This document shows, piece by piece, positions 13,411 through 28,628 of a stretch of 64,000 nucleotides of DNA (position 1 is the stretch's first letter; every line of letters starts with the position of its first letter). Under the pieces are notes generated by a model that searched no databases, had not been told where the DNA came from, and saw only the letters and a list, made by a program, of their open reading frames with translations. The stretch lies in assembly GCF_009914755.1 (NCBI RefSeq), contig NC_060931.1. The stretch is one strand, 5' to 3'. Source of the DNA: the human T2T-CHM13v2.0 reference genome, Homo sapiens. Both the position numbers and the translations under genes were made by a program.

Positions 13411-15344
13411 GAGAATACTCTATCCAACAACAGCAGAATCTGCTTTTCTTCACATTCCCATAACACACTCACAAGAGAGATCATGCTATGGGTTATAAAA
13501 CAAATGTCAATGATTTTTTTTAAAAAATTAAAATCATATAGGATATATTCTTTTAACATATGTAATCAAACTAGAATTCAAAAACAGAAGAACAAAGGAA
13601 AATCTCTAAATACATGGAAATAAACAATACACCTCTAAATAATCCATGGATCAAAGAGGAAGTTTCAAAGGAAGTAATATAAATGAAAACAAAAACATAA
13701 CATATAAAAATATATGGGAAGCAGCTAAGGCAGTGATGAGAGAAGTTTATAGCATCAAATAGTTACAGTTTATGGAAATGAGGAAAAGTCTCAGGTCAAT
13801 AGTAAAATTTCTAGGAAAAAATCTGGCAAAATAAGTCCAAAGCAAGTAGAAACAAGGAAATAGTAAAGATAAGAGCAGAAATCAATGAAGTTAAAAATAG
13901 GAAAACAATATGAAAAATCAATAAAACACATAGCTTTTTTTTAAAAAAACAATAAAATTGACAAACTTTTCACAACACTGACAAAAATAATAGGCGATAT
14001 CACCATAGATGCTGTGTGCATTAACCAGATAGTAAGGAAATGCTATGAGCAACGTTATGTTAATAAATTCAGCAACTTAGAAGAAATGAACCAATTCTTC
14101 AAAAACTGCAAACTACCAAACTCAACCAAAATGAAATGGACAATCTGAAAACTCTCATCAAAAAGTGAATTTATAATTTTAGAACTATCTAAAAAGAAAT
14201 CTTCAGGCTCATACTGTTTCACTTGAGAATTTTACTAAACATTTAAAGAATTAACACCAATTTTAACGAATCCCTTTGAGAAAATTTAGAAGAGTAGGGA
14301 ATACTTCAGAATTCATTTTATATGGTAAGTAATACCAGACAAAGAAAAAAATATTAACAAACCAAATTCAAAAATTTATAAAAATATGTGTATACCATTA
14401 CCAAATGGAATTCATTTCAGGTATGTAAGGCTAGTTAACATTCAGGAATCAATTAAGGTAATCTATCGTATCAACAAGCTAAAAAAGAAAACACGATCAT
14501 ATCAATGAATGCAGATAAAGCCTTGGATGAAATCCAATGGTCATTAGATAAAAACTCTCAACCAATTAGGAATAGAGGGGAATTAGGAATAGAGGGGAAA
14601 TATCTTGACTTGCTTAAACACAGATATGTAAACCTAAAACTAGCATACATACTTAGTGATGAAAGACTGAATGTTTTCTCCCTGATAATGGACACAAGTC
14701 AAAGGCATCGGTTCTCATTACTCTTATTCATTATAGTACTGGCAATTCTAGCTGTGGTAATAAGGCAAGCAAAAGGAACAAAAGGCATAGAGATTAGATA
14801 GGAAGAAATAAACTGTTTCTAGATAGAGGTGACATATTATCTACATAGAAAATCCCAACTAATATACATAAAAACTCCAAGAACTGGTACTTGAGTTCAG
14901 CAAGGTTCAAGGGTACAAGGTCGAAATGTAAAAATCAATCACATTTCTACATACGAACAATAAACACTGAAACTAAAATTTAAAACAGTACAATTTTCAA
15001 TCACTTCGAATAAAATGAAATTCTTAGGTATACAGTTTAAAAATGTATGCTGAAAGCTTCGTAATGCTGATCAAATAAATACATGCTGATTAAAATGCTG
15101 ATCTTCCAATACACGAACAGAGTATGTCTCTGTACTTAAATCATTCTTTGATTTAAAGAGAGAGACATACTCTGTTCGTGTATTGGAAGACTCAACATAG
15201 TAAGAATATATATTCTCCCAAAATTACTATCAAAATTCCACCAAGGCTTTTATAGATATAAAAAAAAATCTATTCTAAAGTTTATATGGAAAGGCATAGC
15301 CCCAAAATAGCTAAAGTGATTTTCAAAATTAATAAAGTGGGACA

Positions 15345-16310
15345 CCTGGTTAAAAATCAACTCAAAATGCATTAAAGACTTAAATTTAAGACCTGAAACT
15401 ATAAAATTGCTAGAAGGAAACAGGGGAAGTTTTCCTTGACATAGGACTAGTAATGATATTCTGAACATGACTCCAAAAGTACTGGCACAAAACTGAAAAT
15501 TAAAAAAAAAAAAAACAGAATTGCATCAAACTAAAAAGCTTCTGCATAGCTCAGGAAAGAATCAACAGAGGGAAGAGACAACCTATGGATTGGGAGAAAA
15601 TATTTGCAAGCCATACATCTGATAAGGGGTAAATATCCAAAATATATAAGGAACTCAAACAATTCAAAATATCATATGTATCCCACAAATATGTACAAAT
15701 ATTACATATCCATAAAAATTAAAAATAAACTAGGCATATCACCTGAGTAGACATTCAAAAGAAGACATACAAATTGCAAACAGGTATATAAAAAAATGTT
15801 TAACATCTCTAATCCTCAGACAAATGCAAATTAGAACCATCATGAGATATCACCTCACACCGATGGAATGTCTATTATTAAAAAGAAAAAAGATAAGTGT
15901 TGGTGAGGACACAAAGAAAAGGAAACCCTTGCATATCGTTTGTAGGAATGTAAATTAGACAGCCATTATAAAAAACAGTACAGAGGTTGCTTTTCTCAAA
16001 AAACTAAAAGTAGAACAACCATATGATCCAGTAAACGCACTATAGGTTATGTATCCAAAGGAAATGAAATCAGTACATCAAAGAGATATGAAGACTATGG
16101 TTAATACCTATATATGTATTACATTTTTAAAATTGGTAAAAGAGTAGATTTTAATGTCTCACCTGAAAAAATAAGTATGTGAGGTAATACATATGTTAAT
16201 TAGCTCAAATAAGTCATTGCACCAATGTGATCATATTGTAAAACACAATGTTGTACACTATACATATATAACGACTTTATTTTTACATACAAAATAAATA
16301 ATTTTAAAAA
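15345..16310 (+). mobile_element. L1MA-like 3' fragment nested in the L1MD
   Basis: Duplicates ORF2 3' sequence seen again at ~16.55-17.2 kb and has its own 3' UTR and tail (gtgaggtaatacatatgttaattagctc). Host L1 resumes at ~16311. Confidence 0.7.
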
Positions 16311-17368
16311 CAACATGAGAAGAATCACTTTAGTTAATATTAAAGCTTGCTACATAGCTAGAGTAACTTAGACTGAGGGTCTTGGGTGAAGAGATAGACA
16401 TATAGATCAATAAAACAGAATAAAGAATCCTATATTAGATCCCACACAATCATATTCAACTGATTTTTGACAATAGTGCAAAAGCAATTCAGTGGAGGAA
16501 GAATAACCCTTAAGTAAATAGTGCTGAAGGATCTGGCAAAAAAACTGATGTGAACTTTATACTTTTTATAAAAATTAACCCAGAATAGATCATAAATATA
16601 TATGTAAAATATAAAACAAAAACACTTTTAGGAGAAAATCCTTGGGCAAAGAATTCTTAGAATTGACAACAGTTGCAAAATTCATAAAAAAATTAATTAG
16701 ACCTCATCAAAATTAAAAAAAAAATACTTTTGCTCTGGTAAAACCCATGTGAAAAGAATGAAAAGGCAAGCTAGAAATTTGGAGAAAATATTTGCAAACC
16801 ACATATCTAACAAAGGAGTAGGAAAAAAAAAACCTCTCAAAATATAACATTGGGAAACAATCTAATTAGAAACTGTGCAAAAGACATGAACATTCATTTC
16901 ACCAAAAAGGAAATACAGATGGCAAATAAGCACATAAAAAATGTCCAATATTATTAGCTATCAGAGATACGCAAATTAAATTCACAATGAGCTATCACTA
17001 TATACCTTTCAGAATAGCTAAATTTAAAAATGGTGACAATACCAAAGCGTGGAGAGAATGTGGAGAACTGAATCAATTGAATATTGTTGAAGGGATACAA
17101 AATGGTACAGCTAGTTTGGCAGTGTGTTATAAAACTAAACATGAAATTGCCATACAATCTTGCACTTGCACTCTTGGACATTTATTCCAGAAGAATAATA
17201 ATTTATGTTCACACAAAAAAACTGTAAATGCATATTCATAGCACCTTTATTTGTAATATCCCCAAACTGAAATCAGCTCATATGTCCTTCAACAGGTGGA
17301 TGGTTAAACAAACTGACATATACAATGGGATACTACTCAGCAACAAAGAGTAACAAGCTATTTTTTTA

Positions 17369-17694
<326 letters not shown>

Positions 17695-17769
17695 AAAGTA
17701 ACAAAATAGTGATAGATGTGTCAACTGGATGAATTGCCAGTAAATTAGGTTGAGTGAAAAAAAAAAAAA

Positions 17770-18074
17770 GTTGGTGCGATGGCTCAGGCCTTAATCTCAG
17801 CAAGTTGGGAAGCCGACACAGGAGGATCACTTAAGCCCAGGGGTTGGAGACCAGCCTGGGCAACATGGTGAAACCCCGTTTCTACTACAAATACAATTAG
17901 CTGGGCATGGTGGTGGTGAGAGCCTGTGGTCCCAGCTACTCAGGAGGCTGAGGTGGGAGGATCGCTTGAGCCCAGGAAGTCGAGGTGGCAGTGAGCCATT
18001 GCACTCCAGCCCGGGCAATGGGAGTAAGATCCTGTATCAAAAAAACAAAAAACAAACAAACAAACAAAGAAAAA
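17770..18074 (+). mobile_element. AluJ
   Basis: Diverged dimer with J diagnostics (ggaggatcgcttgagcccagg) and an (AAAC)n tail. Confidence 0.9.
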
Positions 18075-19249
18075 TATATATATATCCAATCCCAAAATGT
18101 TATACACTGTATGATTCCATTTATACGACATTTTTGAAATAACAACATTTTCAAAATGGTGGATGGGTTAATGGTTTGATTGCCTGGGGTTAAAGACAAA
18201 GGGAAAGAGGGCAGGAGGAGGTGGGTGTGGTCACAACAGGGAAACAGAAGAGATCCTTGTGGGGTTGTAACTGTTCAGTATCTTGACTGTGATGAATATG
18301 AAAACCTACTGAGCTAATAAACGTTATAGTACTTAATACACACAAATAACCTCACATAAATGATTCCAAATAGAACTGGAAAAATTTGAATAATATTGGT
18401 GGATTGCATCAATGTCAGTATCTGGTTTTGATCTTATCCTATCATTTTTTCAAAATGTTATTATTGAAGGAAACTGGCAAATTAAACAAGGGGTCTCTGT
18501 ATTATTTCTTATAACTGCATATTAATTTATAATTATCTCAAAAATGTTTCAATTAAAAAATCCTATTAAATTCCAGATTCACTATTAGTGTCCTTTTCTG
18601 TCCTATAACTATTGAAACAGAATTTTTTCATAGGATATATTATGATGTTGGGTAAAACACATACAAGCAGATAATTAATTCCTAATACATAATAATTTAT
18701 TTCACACACAAAATTATCTTTATTAAATATGACAGTTCACAAAACTGCATTTTATATGCTTCTTAGCAACTTATAGAAATTACTGACCCAGGTTTAACAG
18801 AAATATTCACTCCTTCTAGATACAGGTGAACTTCTTGACTTTGAACATAGACTGCTAAGAAGGCTGAGGGTGAACCCTTGCAAATTAACTGATCCTGGCA
18901 AGTCAAAAAAGAGCGTAATGGGAAAGAATTAAGCTACAGACCAAATCCCTCTTCCTTCCACTTACCCATCCGTCGCAAGAATTTAATATTAGAAACTGCA
19001 AGAATAGTGCTGCTGCTAATAACTAGAAGAAATGACTATGAATATGTGGAAATGCATGGATTAAACTAATGGGGTACATGACATTTGACATTGGCCAATT
19101 CTTCTAGAGGACTTTTTAATCAGTGGAAAGTCCTATTCAGGGAGAGAATCTTAATGCATCATTGATGTTGCTTATTTTTTATTTTAATAGTGAGATAGTT
19201 TTAAACAAAATGGAGTGATTTTGGAGGGTGGAAGGAACAGAGCTGATCA

Positions 19250-19495
19250 GGCAATGCAGCAGAGAGTTAAAGCACAAAGCATTCTTGGAACCAGAAAGAC
19301 CTGGCTTCAAAGCTGAAATTTTTCACCAGTGATGTTCTGTGCTGTTGGTTAAGTCAATTTATCTAAACCTTAGTTTCCTTCTCTGTAAAATAGTGTTTGC
19401 AACAGTAATGACTTTATAGAGTCATGGAAAATAATATATGAGATAATCTGTATGTTTTTAGCACAGTACCTGGCATAAATATATGCTCAATACAA
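19250..19495 (+). mobile_element. MIR SINE
   Basis: ttagtttccttctctgtaaaatag and ttagcacagtacctggcata...tgctcaata motifs. Confidence 0.75.
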
Positions 19496-20373
19496 GATTC
19501 TTATCCATTTGATTCACCTAGTTTTCAGGTAGGTTTTTTATACCAATTTATTGATGAATAAGCATTTCAAATGACTTTTTGTAAATGTTTTAACCCAAGA
19601 CAAAGTTGGATGGATTTGGAATACTCTTCCCCATTAAGTCATATATATATGCTTATATATGTGACATATATATATATATATATGTCATTGACTGGTCAGT
19701 CTTCTTCAGAATTCATATCTACTTCAGATAACAAGGGCTGAATAGAGCCCCAAAGCCACAAGGGTGTGGAATCATCACCACGCCTTGACCCAAGCTTGTC
19801 TTCCACAGGATAATTTCCTATGAACTGGCCACCAGGTTTGAGAGTACTCCTGAAACTTTGCAAATCAGGAGGGCAGAAGATTCTGTGGATGAGACACGGC
19901 CCTTATAAGATGACTGAGCACTATATACTATTTAGACCAAAAGTTTTCCAAATGAAGCCTGAGAGTCCTTTTCATCATAATCAACTATTGAATGGCTAAA
20001 TTGTGCATCTAGGAAAACATGAGGAATAACAGAGACAGCATAATAGAGCTAGACAGGGAATGAGAACCCCAGGAATTAGCAGAAATCCTAGTGAAAGCTT
20101 TGTACTTTCCCTAGACAGAAACTGGCTAGGGTCTAAATCAATTAGCCCTCAGAAAAACCCCACCCAGGAAAGACTCAGATGATACACATTTGCAGCATAG
20201 TTTTGACTTCCCTTCAGATCAATCAAGTCCTTTGCAACATGAGTGGGTTAGTGTTATTTTTTAGAGCCAAACAATTTTTGAATTAACTTCTTTCAGAAGA
20301 CTAGGGAAAAAAATCATTTCCACTTATCACTGGATTTAAAGAGTACTACTTGACTTTTAAAATGTCTATTGTA

Positions 20374-20705
<332 letters not shown>

Positions 20706-23214
20706 TCACCTAAGCCACAAAATAGAAAGTGCTACCCCATCATCACCATTTCTGTGACCTGTGTGGTGGTCTACTTCTGAAGGCTAAATATTTTTAAGAT
20801 CATTTTTAATAAAAATATAAGACGAAAGCATTCATGTGTGAACTGAAACACTTAAAAATGCCAAACTTTAGCCAGGTATAATTCTGGGTCTTTTTAAAGA
20901 GCAAATGGAAACCATTTCTGAGCATCTCTCCTGTAAAGTGTAGCTCCTACACTTCAAATAAAGGGCTTGAGAGCAGGCTTTAGATAAATACCTAAAACTT
21001 AGAAAACGACTTCTTATGAGGTCCCAGTGAATAAAGACAAGAGCATTGTTTTTATAAGTATTTGGCAATTCTATTGCAGGTACCTAATTCTTCTATCTTT
21101 ACTCCATTTCTACAGGTTGTTCTGCAGGCAAGTCTTTCTCAGTTTTCCATAGCATTACCCTAATGAAACCACTCAACTTAGTCCTCTAACCAAGGAACAT
21201 ACATGATTCACTCAATGCAGACAGATGCAAAGCCTTTTTCCATTTTTGCTGCATCTACACATTTGATGTCCAGTCAGGAAAGCCCAGCTGAAGTCAGTAT
21301 AAAAACCTGTTGTAGAGAATGCAAGAAGCTCCCATGATGCTACCAGGAGAAATGAAGACAGTAGCAGGCATTGAAACTTACCTTTATTATATCCTTATCC
21401 CAAATCTATTTTCCCAGGCTTGTAGAACTCCAGCACAACTTAAAATTGGAAATCTATCAGATGTGATGAAGGATGAGATTGTTGTGTGGGTTGTTTTTAG
21501 TGATGCATGTAGAATATGTAATGTACATGCACATCGATACATATGTGTGTTTATTGCTTTTCAGGTGTTTGTAAAATTTTGAAGAGTATTAATACATCAT
21601 CCACTGCACGAATTAATAGTTAATTATATTTGTGTTTTATAAATAAAGATGAAAAAACATCATAGATAAATTTGAGGTTTTACTCCATTTCTATTCATAT
21701 TCCCCTCTCCCAATTCCAAGAGGCAAATTCTATAGTAAATTTAGTATGTCATACCTAAAGGTATTTTTATATTATATATTATGTCTGTTTCTCTGTGGCT
21801 ACATTTTTGCTTTTGTTTCTTAAATAAGGCATGCATGAATATAAATCACTCTTTTTAGTGGTAATCATAATACAATTGGACAAGGATAGATGTGAGAGCT
21901 AAATAATTTTCATCTAGTTCTAAGTTAGATATTTATATCTTATATGTTTTAGCTTTTATTTATTTTGCTAAAAATCCCTAAACACTTTATTGTACATATG
22001 TCCAAATAGACATTGAAAATATATACAAAATATAGATGGTTATTAAATATTTTTACCACTAGCATTTTCTCATGCTTTCATGCCCTTACTTATGAAAGTA
22101 TTGAATACCTTACTGTATTAGATAATCTTATCACAGTTTACTAAGGATAAATGAATTGCCTATACATTCTTTGTGTAGACTCACAGAAATAGAAAAGCCT
22201 AACATACTGCTTTGGAAAGCATCTAATTCCTCTTAGCACAATGTAAGTAACAAAAAAAATGCATGTCTTACTCATTTTGAATCATCACACTCATATCAAT
22301 AGGGCTACAATGTTTCCATCATAAGCAAGAAAAGTAAAGGATCAATTTACACAAAAAATAAAGAATCATTTTGGGAATATTGGAAACAATGGGCCAGCCA
22401 GGTTTCACGTTTCAGAAAGAACTAAATTGCTCACTTTGGGGATTCCATTAGTTCTTTTTTTTTTATGAACTAATACAACCGCTTCCCTTATAATGAACTA
22501 ATGAAGCCATTATAGAAAAGATAGATGGATAAAAACCCTGGCTCTGCTTTGCTTGAGCCTTAACAGAATAACCCAATCTTCACGCTATTGCCTCAAATTA
22601 GAAAGCATAATATATCAGTGATAAAGTTCATAACAGAAACACGGCACTCCCCTAAAATATTCCTCTTTCACTTCTGAAGAATGGTTATAAAGGTCAAAAT
22701 AAAATGAAATTACTTGGTTCATGGGCATTTTTTTCTCACTCTTGAATCCAGTTTTTCAGGGATCTCATGGCTTCCAGATAATATAGATATCCTTGTCTAG
22801 TCTAATCAAAAATACTGGAGTAAGAAATAAAAAAAAGGAACATGATGCTTTTATCACATTTCTACCAATGTCTAATGATATTCCAGTTTTTTAAGGAAGT
22901 CTTCCCCGATCACTCCAGAGACAGTAATATTTTCTTCTTCTAAAATCCGATAACAGTTTATTTATTCCTCTACATTTTTTTACTTAGGAATTTTAAATTA
23001 ACTTTCATGTTCAGTCTCCAAAATTAAAGTGTAAAAAACTATCTTAACATCTCAGAATCTGCAATAAATAGAAAAGTACATTTAAGTTAGTAAATGTTTA
23101 AAAATATTTGCAACAATAAATGAATTGTCAAAGTAATACTCTAACTTACATCAACATACTTCATTCTTAAAGAATTGCATTACTAAAAGGAAAAAAAAAT
23201 AACTTATAATAACA

Positions 23215-23552
23215 CAATCATGAGCCACATGACATTCCTGTTAACTACATATATGATAGTGGTCTTATAAGATTAAATTATAGTATTTTTACTGTAACTT
23301 TTCTATGTTTAGATATGTTTATACATACATCTATTTACCATTGTGTTACAATTGCCTATAGCATTCGATATAGTAATATGCTGTACAAGTTTGTAGCGTA
23401 GAAACAGTAGGCTATGTCATATATAATAGCGTACATATGTAGTAGACGACACCATCTAGGTTTGTGTAAGTACATTCTATGATGTTCGTACAATGGCAAA
23501 ATTGCTTAAAGATACATTTCTCACAATATAGCCTGTCATTAAGCATTGCCTG
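23215..23552 (+). mobile_element. Tigger3a/MER7A DNA transposon (MITE)
   Basis: Matches remembered consensus (accattgtgttacaattgccta, ccatctaggtttgtgtaagtaca); degenerate TIRs, TA flank. Confidence 0.88.
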
Positions 23553-23585
23553 TATTCGTTTTTAGAATTTTTGAGTGCTTATAGA

Positions 23586-23760
23586 CAGTTCTCAAACTTT
23601 AGCTTTCATAATAGTCACCTAGATAACCTACTAAAAATGCAATTTTAGCTCATATTCCCAGTGATTTTAATTTAACATGTGGCAGCCAAGAATCCACTTT
23701 GTTACAAGCACCCAGAGTATTCTGATGCAGGTAGCCCTGAAGCACTCTTTGAAGAGCATT
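23586..23760. mobile_element. MER5A-like hAT MITE
   Basis: gttctcaaactttagc ... acaagcacccagagtattctgatgcagg. Confidence 0.7.
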
Positions 23761-25958
23761 ATACTGAACATTAAGTTGCATGCTTTACAGGCATTATATT
23801 ACTTAATATCCCATTACAGAGCAACCCTACGAGGTAGCTACTAGTGTATCATTCTATTTTATGGGTAAAAAACTGAGGTCTAACTAAATAATCGAAATCT
23901 GCATTGCCTTCTTCCACTCTCTTGTACTTAATCTATAGTGCTTTCTTGGTGGACAGATTAGCAGACCAACGCATGGGAGATTTCCGGGGCAGGGCCAAAG
24001 CCCTGTCAAGTATGGAGAGGGTTAGTGTTTTGTCTTCACTGGAGTATCATTCTAGAGGAAAGGTTATGACAGTCACAATTCAAAGAATGAAACTATCCCA
24101 GGAGATGTATGATTATTCAGGTAGCTAACAGGAGGATTTCGCAGGAAGAGATGTAAAGAATAACAAAGTCTGGTAATGGGATGAAAGAGAAATAAAACAC
24201 AATCCTCTAGAAAGTTGTAAATTACAGTTATTGAATATATAGTAGAATAGACTAGACTTAGAGTAGAACAGACTTAGAGAAGAAATTTTAGAATGTAAGC
24301 TTCATGATAACAGGGATTTTTATCTATTAGTTGATTGCTGTACCTCATTGCCTAGAACAAAAGACGGCATGTAGTTAGGTACTCAAAAAGTCCTTGCTGA
24401 ATCAATTAATGAATAATTATGGAAGGTGATTTTGGAATATATCAGAAAATACATTTTAACACCCAATTTTCAGTCATTCCTGGGTCACTGACCATCCTCT
24501 CCTCAGCAATTCTTCACTTTACTTCCCGCACCAGTAACTTCTTTTTATTTTGACTATAACTAAATATAGACTTCTGCTGGAGGAAGTACTGTTTAGTCAA
24601 GACTCAAAGAAAATAGAATAGCCTTTTGCCACTCTCCCTATGAGCAGATTCACTGAAGTCTCTAAATATATTTGAAGTCATTCTATGTGGAATTCAGAAG
24701 CCACTCTGCTTTGGGGGAGTTCAGAAATGCTTAAAAAATCAAATGCTTAAAACATCAAACTCTTCTGGTTGAAGAGTTTGAAGAGATTGAAGAGCTATCT
24801 ACAGTTGCTATAAGTGGATAATAAAGAATACTTCATTTAAAATTAAATGATTTCAGGTCAACAGGAGAGAGTAATTTTTGGTTAACTGCTGAATTTGCAA
24901 CTGAAATATTATCATTTGGTAATCTTAAAAAATCCTATCTGGAACCATAAAGGGAACAATCTGCAGATATTACATTTGTTTTTCTTTTTTTAATAAGTGG
25001 TACTAATATTATTACCAGGGTAATAACTCACATGCTACATTAAAGTTATGTTTATTTTTACATGTACATATTTAATCATTGAATAAAGATTAATTAAAAT
25101 ATTGGAGTTGCCTGTTATTGGCAAAATATCTAGGAAGAAGAAATCAAATGGATAAGGTGAAAGAAGAAACACAATAACCTGATTTTCTCTGTTTGACCAA
25201 TACAGTTCCCTTCTGAAAATTGTTAAATATCCTATAATTTAATAACATGTCTTCTGCTAAAAATAATTATGTATAAGAAGAATTATCTATTAAATTTGTG
25301 TTAAAGTATGAGGAATATTCAATTAATGTATTATCTAGCACAAAATAAACACTCAATATATATTAGCCAGCATGATTATTATTCCACATTTAAATGAATT
25401 TTATTCCCAAATAAAAATATCCTAATTTTAATTTGTGGTTGAATAAATGAAAACCCAATAGGTAAACATAAAATTTAAAAATCAGGACATTATTTACAGG
25501 AAAGAGTGACAACTTTTAAAATTTTAATTTGATAATTTCAAGTATTACTAAAGATACCAGGAAATGCTGGTGGAAATAACACTGGCCTGTAAGATTGGCG
25601 GTCAGATGATAATGGGCATTCAAATGTAAATGTGAATTGACTATGACCTAAAAATTCTACTCCTTGAAGAAGTTTGTTGTGCTGTTAATTGTAAAAGTAA
25701 ATAACAGCAAAAATTTTAAAATTTTATCAACAGGACAATTTCTTAATGGTAATTTTATGCCATATTTGTATAATATTATGCACCAGTGTAAAAGAATAAA
25801 TTTAAGCTGTATCTACTAACTGGAAAGCTCTTCAAGACATATAACTAGGTGAAAAAACAAGTTATGGAAGCAAAGAATATGATATGGTACACAAACACAC
25901 CTACATACCAAACAATGCTATTTAGTTACATAAATACATTGGGAAATATGTATGTGAG

Positions 25959-26395
25959 TACTATGGGTTGAATTACTTCTCTCAAAATCAATAACCCCAG
26001 GACCTCAGGATGTGGCTTTTTTTGGAAATAGGGTCTTTACAAAGTAATGAAGTTAAAATGAGGTCATTAGGGTGAACCCTGATCTGTTATGACTGGTAGC
26101 CTTATCAAAGGGGAAATTTGGACACACACCCACACAAACACACACACACACACACAAAAGACAATGTGAAAATACACACGGAGAAGATGGCCATGTACAA
26201 GTCAAGGAACACCTGAGACTACCAGAAGCTGATATAGAGGCCTGGAAAAGAGCCCTCACTCTGTTTTCAATGGGAGCATGGCCCCGCCAACACCTTGCTT
26301 TTGGACTTCTAGTCTCCAGAGCTGTGAGAAAATGAATTTATGCTTCAGCCATTTAGTTAATGGTACTTTTATGGCAGCCCTAGAAAACAAATACA
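25959..26395 (+). mobile_element. MLT1B-like solo LTR (MaLR)
   Basis: tatgggttgaatt start, tttggaaatagggtcttt, end ggcagccctagaaaacaaataca; internal CA run. Confidence 0.88.
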
Positions 26396-27936
26396 GCAAG
26401 TCATAGAAAATAATCTTTTATACAATATACATGTAATATAATGGCAACTTATGGGAAATGGACTGAATTCAGATATGGTGTTTAAAGAAGAAATGCACAC
26501 TTTTACTACAATAATATATTACCTGTATATTTACAAATTAAAAAATTAGAAAGAAACATTTCTTTATGGGTATAAAGAGTCTATGCTGTGACAACTCAGC
26601 AGTATATTTAGCCTACATAAAATTGTGGCATTAGGAAAGTTTTCCCTTAATCTTTTGAAGCTCCCTCTTTGCATTCTCATCTGCCTTTCTGGTACTCATG
26701 GGCATCACTACTGACTTTGATTGCCCAGGTTCACCAGTTATCCACCTACTATTTGCAAAGCACTCATCAAATGGCCATGTCTGCTGAGTGGGCACTCAAT
26801 AAATGCTGGTTCCCTTCTGCTTTCTTCCTCCTTGCCCAGGGCCCAAACATCCCAAACTCACCTCTCTTTAAATTTCTACCTATTCATAATGTTCTCACTT
26901 CTTATAAGATTATTAAAAAGGAAACAACTAACTTTTGAATAGTTGAGAACTCTCACTCTTTGTGTTGTTGGCAAATAAAAATAATATTTCAGGAAAGCCA
27001 AATAAATACCGATTGAGTATAATTTCATTCTGTATGAAAAAAGGAACTGTAGAGCCTACAGTCCCATCAGAAAGATTTTGGCATTAGGTCTCTAGATTGT
27101 GCATTCAGCATGTAAACCTGGTTCTACCAATAAGGAGTTCATTGAGCAAGGCATTTCAAATGTGTTTGTAACTGATAATGCTCCTAACTTCAGAACTGAG
27201 AGCTCTCTTCGAAAAAACACTCTTCCTACTGTGCATATAGTTAGAAAACCTAAAGTAAGACCAATAGAAATAAGATACAAATAATTTTTTTCATCAAAAT
27301 AGTCTAATGACTTAGTTTATCCTTCATGTGCTTTAATAACAAGGCCCAAATATATATAACATTTTAGCTGTAACAGTATAAGTTTACACACATTAGCCCA
27401 TTTGGTCTTCAGGAAACTCTTGTGAAGCAGGCTAGACAGATCTAATTGTCCTAGTGCCTGGCTTGATAATTCAAATGAACTTCAATTAACACTGCACTGA
27501 CTACAAGAAACATTGAGGAATGCAGAAAGTGATTAAAAGATGAATAATATAGGGATTCATATCATATGGGAAGAGGCCAGTCTGAAAAATAGAGAGGTTT
27601 GAGTTATCAAATTATAGAACATATAAGCAGATAGGCTTGAATTATCAGTATTTAAAATATTAAATACCTTTTTTCAAATTAATTGAAGACTGCTTCTAAG
27701 CAATTATTGGTCTTATCAGATATATGCTTTAAATGACCAGAGAAAATTAATGCATAACAATCGTATTGTTGGTTTAATTTTTTTTCTTAAATGATTCTTT
27801 TATATAGGTTAACATGATTAGTTTACCTAGGAAAAACCTTTTTTCATTTTTGGTCCAAAGTATACTTTTGTGATAATTCTCACATATTTTAGATGAGCAA
27901 CCTACCCGTGAATTAATCTTATTGTATATGTTTATA

Positions 27937-28628
27937 TAGTAGTTCCCCTTATCATTGGGACATATGTTCAAAGCTCCCCAGTGACCACCTGAAGCAGAAT
28001 CCTATATATACCATGTTTTTTCCTATACATACATACCTACGATAAAGTGTAGTCTGTAAATTAGGCAAAGTAGGAGATCAATAACTAACAATAAGATAGA
28101 ACAATTATAACAATACACTGTAAGAAAAGTTATATGAATATGGTTTCTCTCTCAAAATATCTCATTCTACTGTACCCAACCTTCTTTTTTGTGATGATTT
28201 GAGGTAATAAAATGCCTACATGATAAGATGAAGTGAGATGAATGACAGAGGCATTACAACATAGCATTAGGCTTCTATTGATCCCTTGACAACATGTCAG
28301 AAAGGATTATCTGCTTCAGGTAATCCTAGATCATCAAGCCATGAAGATGTCGATGGTTGGATTTCAGGAGAAGGTGATGTCAATGACTAATGGGTGGGTA
28401 GCGTCTACAATGTAGATGCCTGGGACAAAGGGATGATCCACAACCTAGGTGGAACAGAGCAGGGTCATGCGAAATTTCATCATGCTACTCAGTACAGCCC
28501 GAAATTTTAAAGTTATTTGTTTCAAATAAATGAATTAATTTCTGGAATTTTTCATTTAATATTTATGTAGTTGACTGTGGATAACTGAAACCACAGAAAG
28601 TGAAACCACAGATAAGAGAGGATTTGTG
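27937..28628. mobile_element. Tigger2-derived element (Tigger2b-like)
   Basis: TIR-like ends tagtagttccccttatc and gataagagaggat; about 690 bp of Tigger2-like internal sequence. Confidence 0.8.

Noticed and set aside
14564-14597. Perfect 17-bp tandem duplication (similar ones near 24725, 24772, 45814 and 60657)
   Set aside because: Ordinary slippage-type micro-duplications
19662-19687. Palindrome tgaca(TA)n tgtca
   Set aside because: Mostly explained by the self-complementary TA microsatellite
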